Below are positions 28,188-37,972 of a stretch of DNA of 64,000 bases, piece after piece (position 1 is the first letter of the stretch; every line of letters starts with the position of its first letter). The translations under genes were made by a program, and so were the position numbers. The notes under the pieces were generated by a model. It was given only the letters and a program-made list of their open reading frames with translations, did not search any database and was not told the DNA's origin. The DNA comes from Raoultibacter sp. (lineage in GTDB: Bacteria > Actinomycetota > Coriobacteriia > Coriobacteriales > Eggerthellaceae): assembly GCA_036649035.1 (NCBI GenBank), contig JAVWCK010000001.1, forward strand, positions 4,856 through 68,855. The letters run 5' to 3'.

Positions 28188-28456
28188 GGGATTTTGTCCT
28201 TTTCACCTCAAGATGCGAACAGCACCCTTAAACGCGGTGCTGACCTGCAACGTACATATTCTGTTGCGACATTTTATAGCATTGGCTCCACGAGCTTCCC
28301 ACGGAGCAGGTAATGGCGTCCAGATTCCTTTGAACGGACACGTTTACTGCAAATGTTCATAGGAGCCACAAAGTCACCTCTATCAAATCCCTGACTCCCG
28401 ATGCGCAAAGCGACCTGTTTCAAAACTTGGGCACTAAGCCCCGCAGCAATGCCGCG

Positions 28457-29515
28457 TCAGGCACAATCACTCAACAACAGGTCATCATCTTTGATAATGC
28501 CGAACCGGCGCATACCCTCGCACACAAGCCAGCTCACCAGCGCGGGCACCACCAGGCAAACCACCACAAGCCCCACCCAGTCAAAGATACCGGGCACCGT
28601 AGCACCCGCAATCCAGCCGGTGTACACCCCGATCGGACCGACAAGGCCACAGGTGCCCATGCCTGAAGCGATAGCGGGGCCGTTTTGACTGAGCTGGAAC
28701 ACGCACGTTGCCAAAGGACCACCGACGGCCGAAGCGACAATAGGCGGAATCCAGATGAGCGGCTTTTTCACAATATTGCCCATTTGCAGCATCGACGTGC
28801 CAATACCCTGGGAAAACAGGCCGCCCCAACCGTTTTCTTTAAAGCTCATGACAGCAAATCCCACCATCTGAGCGCAGCAACCCGCCAAAGCCGCACCGCC
28901 GGCCAGCCCGGTCAGCGCCAAAGCCGCGCAAATGGCCGCAGACGAAATGGGCAGAGTGAGGGCGATCCCGATCACAACCGCAACGATAACGCCCATAAAA
29001 AACGGCTGCAGCTCCGTTGCCCACATGATAAAGCCGCCAACAGAAGATGCCACCGCCCCGATCAGGGGAGCCGACGCGAGAGCGATACCGCAGCCGCCCG
29101 CCACGACAACGGCTGGCGTGACGATAATGTCGACCTTGGTCTCCTTTGAAACCAGTTTTCCCAGTTCGGTGGCGATGATTGCCACCACCAGCACGGCAAG
29201 CGGGCCTCCGGCACCACCCAGCGTGTTGGCGGCATAACCAACCGCCGCCAGAGAAAACAGCACCAACGCCGGGGCGCGCAAAGCGTAACCGATGGCCACC
29301 GCCATTGCCGGACCGGCCGCACTCTTTGCAAACGTACCGACCTCTCCGAAAAAGGCAATGCCCGACAAATCACCAATCGTGGACAAGATCGTGCCGATCA
29401 AAAGAGAGGCGAATAATCCTTGGGCCATAGCCGACATTGCGTCGATGGCGTAACGCTGCACCGACACCTCGATGTCTTTGCGGCGGAGAAAATCAGAGAG
29501 AGACGTCTTCTGCAT
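28457..29515 (-). CDS. PTS-EIIC-like / PfoR (COG3641) family integral membrane protein
   Basis: The start is taken at MQKTSLSDFLRRKDIEVSVQRYAIDAMSAMAQGLFASLLIGTIL. The upstream 65 codons of the track ORF are Cys/Arg-rich and look non-coding. The protein has about 10 TM helices. Confidence 0.55.
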   Translation of the reverse strand: MQKTSLSDFLRRKDIEVSVQRYAIDAMSAMAQGLFASLLIGTILSTIGDLSGIAFFGEVGTFAKSAAGPAMAVAIGYALRAPALVLFSLAAVGYAANTLGGAGGPLAVLVVAIIATELGKLVSKETKVDIIVTPAVVVAGGCGIALASAPLIGAVASSVGGFIMWATELQPFFMGVIVAVVIGIALTLPISSAAICAALALTGLAGGAALAGCCAQMVGFAVMSFKENGWGGLFSQGIGTSMLQMGNIVKKPLIWIPPIVASAVGGPLATCVFQLSQNGPAIASGMGTCGLVGPIGVYTGWIAGATVPGIFDWVGLVVVCLVVPALVSWLVCEGMRRFGIIKDDDLLLSDCA

Positions 29516-29853
29516 AATAGCGCAGCTCCTTTTCGGCAAGCCGATTCGTTGATAGCGGAAAACCCTGATGATACGACAAAGACACACCCCCGAGGCACCA
29601 CACTTTGGCCATCGGAGCAATAGCTCTCCACGATGGGCGATTGCCCCTTTGCAATTGCGATCAGCCGTTCGACACCTCTTTTTGGCGCACCAACACCCGC
29701 AAGGACACATACCGCAAGAAGCGTCGCGCGAGGCCGGGATGCTCGAATGGAGAAAAGCGACTATACTTGCAGTTGAGAATAATTGACGACTTCAAACGCC
29801 GAGCAGACCCGCCGCAGCAGCATCGACGACAGTACCCATCAGAGGAGACAACC

Positions 29854-30777
29854 ATGGCCACCCGTTATCGCATCGAGAATTTTCTCGAACGCGCCTTAGA
29901 CCCCGGCGCGATGATGCCAAAAACCCCTTTTGTGGCCGTATTGACCTCTCAAGAATTCGAAACCGAAATCGTTCCCACCCTCGATAAGCCGATTGCGCTG
30001 AACACCTTCGCCCGAATAGCAAGCTGTCACGTCGATGCATTCGAGGCGGGTTTTATGGGAGACATATTTATCCCCAACAAAGATAACCTGCTTGCAGAGC
30101 CGATAACCTGCAGGTTTTTCATGAAGACCAACCTCCTTATCTTCATCGACGAAACCACGTTGTGCGCCACCGTACTCGATCATCTTGCGGAAGCAAAAAA
30201 CCACCAACAGCCCAGCGTCGGGCGTATTCTTTTTGAATTTCTAGGATACCTCATCAAAGACGATGCGGCATTTTTGGAAGCTTTTGAAGACGATATGGAA
30301 GCGCTTGAAGAAGAGCTCCTCGATCAAAAAACCTCCGTTGGCAATCGCCAGATCCTCGACATTCGCCGCCAACTTTCGCGTCTCGATTACTACTACCAGC
30401 AATTGGTCGACATGGGAATAATTTTCGATCAAAACGAAAACGGCCTGTTGAGTGCCGATGATTGTCGTCTCTTTGCCATGTTTGCCCGGCGCGCCGATCG
30501 CCTGTTCGATCGAACGTGCACCATCAAAGAATACAGCCTGCAGCTCTACGAACTCTATCAAACGCAAATCAACGTTCGCCAGAACAAAACGATCCAATGG
30601 CTCACGGTGATAACGACCATCTTCGTACCCCTCACACTGATAACCAGCTGGTATGGTATGAACTTCGAAAACATGCCGGAGCTTCATCGTCCCGAAGCCT
30701 ATTTCGTCATCATCGCCATCTGCTTCGTATTGGTGTGCGTCGAGCTGATCTATTTCAAGAAGAAGAAGTGGTTGTAG
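29854..30777 (+). CDS. corA: CorA family magnesium/cobalt transporter
   Basis: The start is taken at MATRYRIENF, after an AGAGGAGA Shine-Dalgarno. It has the signature YGMNFENMPEL and two C-terminal TM helices. Confidence 0.9.
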   Translation: MATRYRIENFLERALDPGAMMPKTPFVAVLTSQEFETEIVPTLDKPIALNTFARIASCHVDAFEAGFMGDIFIPNKDNLLAEPITCRFFMKTNLLIFIDETTLCATVLDHLAEAKNHQQPSVGRILFEFLGYLIKDDAAFLEAFEDDMEALEEELLDQKTSVGNRQILDIRRQLSRLDYYYQQLVDMGIIFDQNENGLLSADDCRLFAMFARRADRLFDRTCTIKEYSLQLYELYQTQINVRQNKTIQWLTVITTIFVPLTLITSWYGMNFENMPELHRPEAYFVIIAICFVLVCVELIYFKKKKWL

Positions 30778-30912
30778 ACTCGGCTCGGTGCGAGGGATAC
30801 CCCACAAAGCTTCCCCCGTCGTAGAGCTGACAGGTGTTCTTCCCCGCTTTTTTGTAGCATAGCCCCAGGTTATCCTTTATATGCTGAGCTACCACTTTCT
30901 TTCACGGACGCT

Positions 30913-31530
30913 CTACGTTGACGGAAGAGAATCGGGGCCTTCGGTTATGGGCATATCGCACTGATTGTCAAATGTTTGCAGCAGTTTGCCGAGGGCGCAA
31001 AAATCGGCCTCCAAAGCCTCACGCTTACTTCGGTCGTAAATTGCCGCGGCCGGATGGAAAATGGGGAACACCTTGAACTTGCCCGCCTGGTACAGCTTCC
31101 CGTGCAAACCGGTAATACCCCGGTCGGTTTTCAGGATGAACTTCGTCGCAAAATTACCCAACGTCACGATGATATCAGGGTCGATCGTGCGGGTCTGTTC
31201 GCGCAAAAACGGCGTGCAGGTTTCGATTTCCGCAGGTAAGGGATTGCGGTTGTCGGGCGGCCTGCATTTGAGCACGTTAGCGATAAAGATATCTTCTCGC
31301 ACGAGTCCCGCGTATCCCAAAAGCTCGTTGAGATACTTCCCCGCAGCGCCCACAAACGGCTCCCCCTGTAAGTCTTCATTTTTTCCGGGAGCCTCGCCCA
31401 CGATCAAGACGCGCGCATTCGGGTTGCCGATACCGAAAACGGTCTGCGTGCGCCCTTCGGCCAAGGCGCACCGGCGACACCGCTCAACCTGAGCCTGCAA
31501 CTCTTCCAGCGCGATAGGTGTTTTATGCAC
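30913..31530 (-). CDS. uracil-DNA glycosylase, family 4
   Basis: 205-aa ORF. It has CRRCAL...(FeS Cys), the GEAPGKNEDLQGEPFVGAAG motif A and the HPAAAIY motif B. Confidence 0.9.
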   Translation of the reverse strand: MHKTPIALEELQAQVERCRRCALAEGRTQTVFGIGNPNARVLIVGEAPGKNEDLQGEPFVGAAGKYLNELLGYAGLVREDIFIANVLKCRPPDNRNPLPAEIETCTPFLREQTRTIDPDIIVTLGNFATKFILKTDRGITGLHGKLYQAGKFKVFPIFHPAAAIYDRSKREALEADFCALGKLLQTFDNQCDMPITEGPDSLPST

Positions 31531-31545
31531 GGCTACTGTTCCCCC

Positions 31546-32841
31546 TTATACATAGAATCGCGGCATTCTGTGAGAAAATCCAATCGTAATTTCATGAGGA
31601 ATCGTACCCGCTGCAACAGCCATGTCGTCGATGGTAAGAAAAGCATCGCCCTGATGACCGACCAGCACCACTTCGTCGCCAATTTGAGGATTGAGGCGCT
31701 TCCTGTTGCCGTATACTCGCAGATCGACCTCGAACATGCACTGATCCATGCAAATGTTACCAACCTGCGGACACCGCTGCCCGTCAAGCAAAACCGACGT
31801 GCGTCCCGAAAGCGCCCGACGTAGCCCATCGGCGTAGCCAACCGGCACCGTGCAAATCTTTACCGAACCGGGGCTGCGGTAGTTCAACCCGTAGCTCACC
31901 CCTTCACTCATGGGAACCGTTCTCGTATCGGTGATGCGCGCGTGCACGCTCATGGCCGGATACAGCTCAATCGTTCGACGCGTTTCCGGGCAAGGCTGGA
32001 AGCCGTAGAGCGCAATACCCAACCGAACCATGTCGAAATTCGTTTCGGGATAGCGCAACAGGGCGGCCGAATTGTCGCAGTGTACGATACCGGAATTAAT
32101 ACCCGCAGCATTCATGGCAGACAACGCCTCAACAAAGTGCTTCGCCTGTACGTGGAAGTCAAGGTTTTCGGCACAGTCAGCCGTCGCGAAGTGGGTGAAC
32201 GTACCAACCAAATCAAGCGCTCGATGAAAACTGACCTGCATCATAAATTCCATCACGGCATCGTAGCGAACTCCAATACGATTCATGCCCGTATTGATCG
32301 CCAGATGATACGGAGCACGCATACCGTGAGCGTCAGCGATTTCCCCGTACGCGATTGCAAACTCGGTCGTGTATATCGAGGGCATGATTTGATAGTGCAG
32401 CAGCAGCGCGATCGCGGTTATCGGCGGTTCAGACAAAACAAGTATCGGTGCCCCAATACCAGCTTTACGCAGTTCAACGCCTTCACCAACCGTAGCAACC
32501 CCCAAATATTCCGCCCCCGAGTTAAGAGCGATTCGCGCACAGCGCAGCGCACCGTGACCATAGGCATCCGCCTTGACAACCGCCATAAGCTTACAGCCAG
32601 GATGCAGGCGACGCTTTATTTCCATCGTGTTGTGGCGAATGGCACCAAGATCGATCTCGACCCACGCCCATCGTTTATCCAGATCGGATGCCTCATCAAG
32701 CGCCGCTTCATCAAAGGCGACCGCATCCGATGCCGTGCGTGCTGCCGACGCACGAGAATATTGGAAATTATTCTTTTGAGAAAACCCGGTGAAACCGTTT
32801 GGAATGTCGCTCACTGCCGTGCCTTTCTTCTTGCGAGTCAT
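31546..32841 (-). CDS. alr: alanine racemase with about a 55-aa N-terminal extension
   Basis: 431-aa ORF. It has the PLP-Lys block AVVKADAYGHG and the YGxxLYG-type block IALYGFQP. The homologous core begins near WAWVEIDLGAIRHN. No in-frame ATG, GTG or TTG lies just upstream of the core. Confidence 0.9.
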   Translation of the reverse strand: MTRKKKGTAVSDIPNGFTGFSQKNNFQYSRASAARTASDAVAFDEAALDEASDLDKRWAWVEIDLGAIRHNTMEIKRRLHPGCKLMAVVKADAYGHGALRCARIALNSGAEYLGVATVGEGVELRKAGIGAPILVLSEPPITAIALLLHYQIMPSIYTTEFAIAYGEIADAHGMRAPYHLAINTGMNRIGVRYDAVMEFMMQVSFHRALDLVGTFTHFATADCAENLDFHVQAKHFVEALSAMNAAGINSGIVHCDNSAALLRYPETNFDMVRLGIALYGFQPCPETRRTIELYPAMSVHARITDTRTVPMSEGVSYGLNYRSPGSVKICTVPVGYADGLRRALSGRTSVLLDGQRCPQVGNICMDQCMFEVDLRVYGNRKRLNPQIGDEVVLVGHQGDAFLTIDDMAVAAGTIPHEITIGFSHRMPRFYV

Positions 32842-32859
32842 TCAGTATAGCATTTCCCC

Positions 32860-34455
32860 CTAAAGGGAAAGATCCTTCAACATATCAAGCAAGTCCTGGC
32901 GCCGGTGAATATCGAGCTTCGCATAAATATGCTTTGAATGCGTGCGCACGGTGTTCTCCGAAATAACCAGCCGCTCCGCAATGGCTGCAACGCTATTGCC
33001 TCGCGCAATCAACTCCGTCACTTCGGTCTCGCGCAAAGAGAGCCCGTAGGATTCCTTCAAGACGAGGCACTGCTTCGAAACGCGGTCGCGAATGATTCCG
33101 GAGTCTTGCGAAGCGGAAGGACGGTTGCGGCGAGGCGGACGTTTTCCCTTTTCGGGCGGCGTGTCGCGGGTGCTCTCCGCCTGTTCGTGGCGGTGATCCT
33201 GTTTTCCCTCAGATCCCTTCAGCACCAAAAACTCTATCGGGTCGGCATCGGAGGCGGTCAGGGAAGAAAAGGGACGAAACAAGGTTCCGCTCGCCACAAA
33301 AAGCGTCAGACCCAAAACGTAGCTCGACACCATCGCAACAAGAGCCATCTGATCAAATCCCATAAAGTCGATGGAGTCAGAAAGCCACCCCAGCAAAAAT
33401 CCCAAACTTTGCATCAGATAAACGATCATCCCGAAAAAGGCATAGATAAACACCGGATTGATACCGCGATCGCGCGAAATCTGTGCACACTGCATCATCA
33501 TCAGCATCAACACCAGTGAAAATATCATATACGTCGTGGCGGAAAAGATATTGAGATAGCTTGCTCCCAGGAAGGGTAACAACAAAAATCCCGTTATCAA
33601 CAGCGGATATACGACACGAAATACCGAAGTCAAACTAAAGCGGAAGCTGATACGAAACCACAGGACCAGCAGCACAATCGCCGATACGAGCGATCCGAGC
33701 ATGGAAGAGATATTTACCACCGTGCTGATTTCTGCATGCAACAAAGCAATCCCGCGAATCACACCACTTGCAAAGGCAAGGGAGGCCACGCACAAAGCTG
33801 ATCTCCAATAGTTTTTCACGACTCGGCGATACACCCGCGGGTGCTGCCGCGGAATATCTTCAAACATCGGCTGGTCGGTAACCATTTCCCGGGCACAAAG
33901 CGCGATGCATAAGCCACACAAAGGAACGAACAGCAGCGGAAGCAGGTAGGCCGTAATCGCGATAGGAACCAGGTAGAGGGCAAAATAGCTCAGCGGAGCG
34001 AGTGCCGTGCCCATGATCAGACGCAGGTTTCCCTGCTCCGAGGGAAGAGAGGCGAAATAGCGCTGCCACAGCATAAACATGCCCGCACACCCAACGCCGA
34101 GCAGCACGCCCCCCGACGCGACGAGCACCAGCGTGAAATCATCGAGATACATCGCGCCGATCAGACAGGCCGAGCCCGAGAAGATGAGAAGAGCCGAAAG
34201 GGAAACCATCATGCGACGCGCTTCGCGGGGAAAGAAATACGACCCGAAGGCGCTCGCGCAAAAAGCCCCCCAAAACGCAAGGGCCTGAGCAAGAAAGAAC
34301 GTCAGTGTGACTTCGGCCGTCTGAAAACCTACGGGAAGAAAAGGAAAAATTCCGCCCCAAATCGAAGTGGCATTGACGGTCAGAAAAAAGGCATAGCCCC
34401 AACTTGAGACATGAGGTTTCAAAACGGATGACCCCACAAACACGCTTCCCTTCAC
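32860..34455 (-). CDS. membrane-embedded LuxR-family transcriptional regulator
   Basis: 531-aa ORF. About 10 N-terminal TM helices are followed by a basic linker and a C-terminal LuxR HTH (LSLRETEVTELIARGNSVAAIAERLVISENTVRTHSKHIYAKL). It is divergent from the dmsA-like gene. Confidence 0.85.
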   Translation of the reverse strand: MKGSVFVGSSVLKPHVSSWGYAFFLTVNATSIWGGIFPFLPVGFQTAEVTLTFFLAQALAFWGAFCASAFGSYFFPREARRMMVSLSALLIFSGSACLIGAMYLDDFTLVLVASGGVLLGVGCAGMFMLWQRYFASLPSEQGNLRLIMGTALAPLSYFALYLVPIAITAYLLPLLFVPLCGLCIALCAREMVTDQPMFEDIPRQHPRVYRRVVKNYWRSALCVASLAFASGVIRGIALLHAEISTVVNISSMLGSLVSAIVLLVLWFRISFRFSLTSVFRVVYPLLITGFLLLPFLGASYLNIFSATTYMIFSLVLMLMMMQCAQISRDRGINPVFIYAFFGMIVYLMQSLGFLLGWLSDSIDFMGFDQMALVAMVSSYVLGLTLFVASGTLFRPFSSLTASDADPIEFLVLKGSEGKQDHRHEQAESTRDTPPEKGKRPPRRNRPSASQDSGIIRDRVSKQCLVLKESYGLSLRETEVTELIARGNSVAAIAERLVISENTVRTHSKHIYAKLDIHRRQDLLDMLKDLSL

Positions 34456-34633
34456 TTTTATAGCCTTTTACAAACAAGGTCTATGGTAGCAGGTTGCCGA
34501 GATCTCCTGAAAGAAAAGGTAGGAAAACTCCCCCGAGCAGACTCTCTATCGCCTCAACCGCCCGATAAGCACCTCGTCGCTCCTTCGGAGCACAAACGAG
34601 ATATCATGAAGCTTTTACCAGGCAAAATGCTTA

Positions 34634-34654
34634 AATCACATAGGTTGTGTGATT
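34634..34654. promoter_or_regulatory. candidate operator (7-7-7 inverted repeat) between the LuxR regulator and dmsA-like genes
   Basis: AATCACA, spacer taggttg, then TGTGATT. It lies 60 nt upstream of the dmsA-like start codon. Confidence 0.3.
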
Positions 34655-34713
34655 GTTTTACCCCCTCTATGGGCTAGGTTGATACCAGGGATTAATTAAT
34701 GAGGAGGGAATCT

Positions 34714-37134
34714 ATGGATAACGAAAACAAGATCACCCTGTCGCGACGCACGTTCGTCAAGACTGGCTTGGCGGGGCTTGCGGTAACCGGAGGGTTGGCG
34801 GGATCCGCCACGCTGTTCGGATGCGCACCCGGTGGCAAGAAAGATAATGCCGCCAAAAGCACTGCCCCAGACGACACCGTGACCTGGAGTCAGTGCGTGG
34901 TCAACTGCGGCGGCGCTTGCGCGATTCGCTGGCACGCCAAAGATGGCAAGTTGCTATACGCGGAGACCGACAATGTCGGAGACCCCGCCGGTCTGCAGGC
35001 TCGCGCCTGCCTGCGCGGTCGCACCCTGCGTCGCTGGGTAAACTCGCCCGATCGCTTGATGTATCCCATGAAGCGCGTCGGCAAGCGCGGCGAAGGCAAG
35101 TTCGAGCAGATTAGCTGGGATGAAGCCTACACCACCATCGCGGACAAACTGAAGCACACCATCGACACGTACGGCAATGAGGCCATCTATTCAAACTACG
35201 GCAGTGGCGTCAGCTCCACAACGAGCCGACTCTTCCCGCGCCTGATGAATCTTATGGGCGGAACCCTCGGTTCGTATTCGGACTATTCAACAAACATGAT
35301 GCAGGCCGGCATGCCGTATACGTATGGCAAAAAGTGCACCCCCTACGATAGCGTCTACGCATCATCGATGAGTGAGGCGGCAAATTCAGACCTCATCATT
35401 TTGTTTGGCAACAGCCCCGCAGACACCCGCATGGGCGGAGCAAACATTGTCTACGACTTTGCCAAGGTTCGCGAAGGCGGTGCCAAGATTGTCAACATCG
35501 ACTATCGCTTAAACGAAACGAGCTCGGGCCATCCCGAAGAATGGTTGCCCATCCGCACCGGCACCGATGCCGCGCTAGTCAACGCCATCGCCCACGAGCT
35601 CATCGCCAACGACAAGGTCAACCTCGACTTCTTGCACACCTATTGCGTCGGATACGACGAAGAAACTCTACCCGACTCCGCAAAGGGTCAAAACAAATCC
35701 TACAAGGATTACATTATGGGTACCGGCTACGATTCGATCGAAAAAACTCCCGAATGGGCTGCCCCCATCACGCAAATTCCCGCGGACAAGATTCGCGCGC
35801 TGGCTACCGAAATCGCCGCGTCAAAGGCTCTCTTTGTCGCTCAGGGCTGGGGATCACAGCGCCACAGCAACGGCGAGAACACCGCCCGTGCCATCTGCAT
35901 GATTCCTATTCTTACCGGCATGATCGGCAAACCGGGCACCAACACCGGCATGCGTGAAGCCGAGCCTGCCGGCATCGTAAGCGGCATGCCCAAGGGTAAA
36001 AACCCCGTCAAAACCGCCATCAACTGCTATCAGTGGCTCAACGCCATCGACCATGGCAAAACGATGACTGCAGCCAAAGACGGCGTGCGCGGAGCCGACA
36101 CGCTTACCACCGGAATTAAATTCCTCTGGAACTACGCCGGCAACACTATTTCCAACCAGCATTCAGAGATCAATAAGGTCTACGACATTCTTCAGGACGA
36201 ATCGAAATGCGAGTTCATCGTGGTTCTCGACACCGTTTTGACCGATTCGGCCAAATACGCCGACATCCTGCTGCCCGACGCCATGCGCGCCGAGCAAATG
36301 CACATGGCAGGCAACGGGTACGCCGAGTATTATGACGGCATCCTGGTCGGTCAGCCCGCGCAAGATGCACCCGGAGAAGCCACGAAGGAATACGACATCG
36401 TTTCCGGTATCGCGGACAAACTGGGTGTCAAGGATGCTTTCACCGAAGGAAAAACCCAAGAACAGTGGATCGAAGAGCTCTACAACAAGGCCGCTGAAAA
36501 GGAAAGCGATCTGCCGAAGTGGAACGACATGGTCAAGCAAGGCCTGTTCAAGCGGGAGCTCAAGCCCGTTATCGGCCTCAAAGACTTCATCGCCGATCCC
36601 GCAGGCAAGCCCCTCGAAACCCCCTCCGGGAAAATCGAAATCTACTCCGAAAGCTTGGCTGAAAACATCGCAAAAATGGAGCTTGCAGAAGGCGATGTCG
36701 TCACCCCGATTCCCGTATTCGATCCGGGATTCCAGGGCTACGGCAGCACGACCGACGAGTATCCCCTGTATTGCTCAGGGTTCCATTACAAGAGCCGTAC
36801 CCACTCCTCGTTCGGCGGAGTCGCAGATCTCAACCAATCCTGCCGCCAACAGCTTTGGATCAACCCCGCCGACGCGGGAAGTCGCAACATTGCCAATGGC
36901 GACCTGTGCGCCGTAAAGAGCCCTGCCGGAGAACTGCGCATCGAAGCAAAGGTTACTCCCCGTATCGTTCCGGGCACCATCGGTATTCCTCAGGGAGCCT
37001 GGCATGACGCCAATATGACCGGCGATCGCATCGACAAGGGCGGTTGCATCAACACACTGACTACGTACCATCCTTCGCCTTTGGCAAAAGGTAACGGAGT
37101 CCATTCCATCATCGTCCAAGTGACGAAAGCCTAA
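34714..37134 (+). CDS. DMSO-reductase-family (type II, DmsA-like) molybdopterin oxidoreductase, Tat signal plus lipobox-like Cys
   Basis: The start is taken at MDNENKITLSRRTFVKTGLAG, with the AGGAGGG Shine-Dalgarno formed by the upstream in-frame ATG region. It has a twin-arginine motif, an LFGC lipobox-like sequence (Cys37, 34822-34824) and the FS0 motif CVVNCGGAC. Confidence 0.9.
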   Translation: MDNENKITLSRRTFVKTGLAGLAVTGGLAGSATLFGCAPGGKKDNAAKSTAPDDTVTWSQCVVNCGGACAIRWHAKDGKLLYAETDNVGDPAGLQARACLRGRTLRRWVNSPDRLMYPMKRVGKRGEGKFEQISWDEAYTTIADKLKHTIDTYGNEAIYSNYGSGVSSTTSRLFPRLMNLMGGTLGSYSDYSTNMMQAGMPYTYGKKCTPYDSVYASSMSEAANSDLIILFGNSPADTRMGGANIVYDFAKVREGGAKIVNIDYRLNETSSGHPEEWLPIRTGTDAALVNAIAHELIANDKVNLDFLHTYCVGYDEETLPDSAKGQNKSYKDYIMGTGYDSIEKTPEWAAPITQIPADKIRALATEIAASKALFVAQGWGSQRHSNGENTARAICMIPILTGMIGKPGTNTGMREAEPAGIVSGMPKGKNPVKTAINCYQWLNAIDHGKTMTAAKDGVRGADTLTTGIKFLWNYAGNTISNQHSEINKVYDILQDESKCEFIVVLDTVLTDSAKYADILLPDAMRAEQMHMAGNGYAEYYDGILVGQPAQDAPGEATKEYDIVSGIADKLGVKDAFTEGKTQEQWIEELYNKAAEKESDLPKWNDMVKQGLFKRELKPVIGLKDFIADPAGKPLETPSGKIEIYSESLAENIAKMELAEGDVVTPIPVFDPGFQGYGSTTDEYPLYCSGFHYKSRTHSSFGGVADLNQSCRQQLWINPADAGSRNIANGDLCAVKSPAGELRIEAKVTPRIVPGTIGIPQGAWHDANMTGDRIDKGGCINTLTTYHPSPLAKGNGVHSIIVQVTKA

Positions 37135-37149
37135 GGGAAGGGTGACATC

Positions 37150-37785
37150 ATGACTCAATATGGATTCTATTTCGATAGCTCGCGTTGCACCGGATGCAAA
37201 ACCTGCGAAATGGCCTGCAAAGACTACAAAGATCTTCCCCAGACCATCGCGTTTCGTAAAGTGTACGATTACGAAGGCGGTACCTGGAACGCCGGAGCGG
37301 ACGGAGCATACACCACCGACTGCTACGCCTACCACGTTTCGCTTGCCTGCAATCATTGCGCGGTTCCGAAATGCTTGGGAGCCTGCCCGCAAGGTGCCAT
37401 CGAGAAAAACAAAGACACCGGCATCGTAACGATCAACGAAGAAAAATGCATCGGTTCCGGTATGTGCGTGGAAGCCTGCCCCTACGATGTGCCGATTCTT
37501 GATCCCGAGAAAAAACGTGCCGTAAAATGCGACCTGTGCGCCAGCCGCGTTGCCGGAGGGGAAAAGCCCATCTGCGTGGAAGCCTGCCCGTTGCGTGCGC
37601 TTGACTTTGGCGATATCGAAGAGCTTAAGAAGAAATACGGCACCACAGCGGCCATCGCGCCAATGCCCACCGCCGACATAACCACCCCCAGTATCGTCAT
37701 CAAGCCCTGTCCTGCAGCAAAACAGCCCGGAGATACCACCGGTGCTATCATGAATGAAAAGGAAGTGACGGGTGTAGCCGTCTAG
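37150..37785 (+). CDS. DmsB-like four-cluster ferredoxin subunit (paralog 1, group III Cys-to-Ser variant)
   Basis: 211 aa. Group I is CTGCKTCEMAC. Group II is CNHCAVPKCLGACP. Group III is CIGSGMCVEACP, with Ser103 (TCC, 37456-37458) in place of the second Cys. Group IV is CDLC...CVEACP. Confidence 0.9.
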   Translation: MTQYGFYFDSSRCTGCKTCEMACKDYKDLPQTIAFRKVYDYEGGTWNAGADGAYTTDCYAYHVSLACNHCAVPKCLGACPQGAIEKNKDTGIVTINEEKCIGSGMCVEACPYDVPILDPEKKRAVKCDLCASRVAGGEKPICVEACPLRALDFGDIEELKKKYGTTAAIAPMPTADITTPSIVIKPCPAAKQPGDTTGAIMNEKEVTGVAV

Positions 37786-37814
37786 GCTGAGCACTTCCCT
37801 GTCTTTCTCTCTGT

Positions 37815-37850
37815 CGCGACACCGCCTTCCCCCCTGGAGGCGGTGTCGCG
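37815..37850 (+). terminator. strong hairpin (terminator-like) between the two dmsB paralogs
   Basis: CGCGACACCGCCT, a 10-nt loop, then AGGCGGTGTCGCG. This is a 13-bp perfect stem followed by ATCCCTTTGT, a weak U-tract. Confidence 0.55.
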
Positions 37851-37972
37851 ATCCCTTTGTCCCACCGCCTCAACGTTACCGCTATAATGATTTCAGGTAA
37901 CGGGTCGAGGGTTTGTCCCCTCCACCTAAACCACCGGAGTCGGCGGCGTTCGAGCAATGAATCGGGGATTTC

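Noticed and set aside
36775-37794. Long antisense ORFs inside well-supported genes. Examples are 36775-37794 and 37748-38449 opposite dmsA/dmsB, 13748-14800 opposite the TRIC gene, 23299-24009 opposite the AOR gene, 40008-41312 opposite moeA, 42509-43582 opposite eno, and 62679-63764 opposite the kinase.
   Set aside because: Their translations are Arg/Gly/His-rich and low-complexity, with no recognisable motifs. They mirror the codon structure of the real gene on the other strand, which is a typical artefact of GC-rich DNA.
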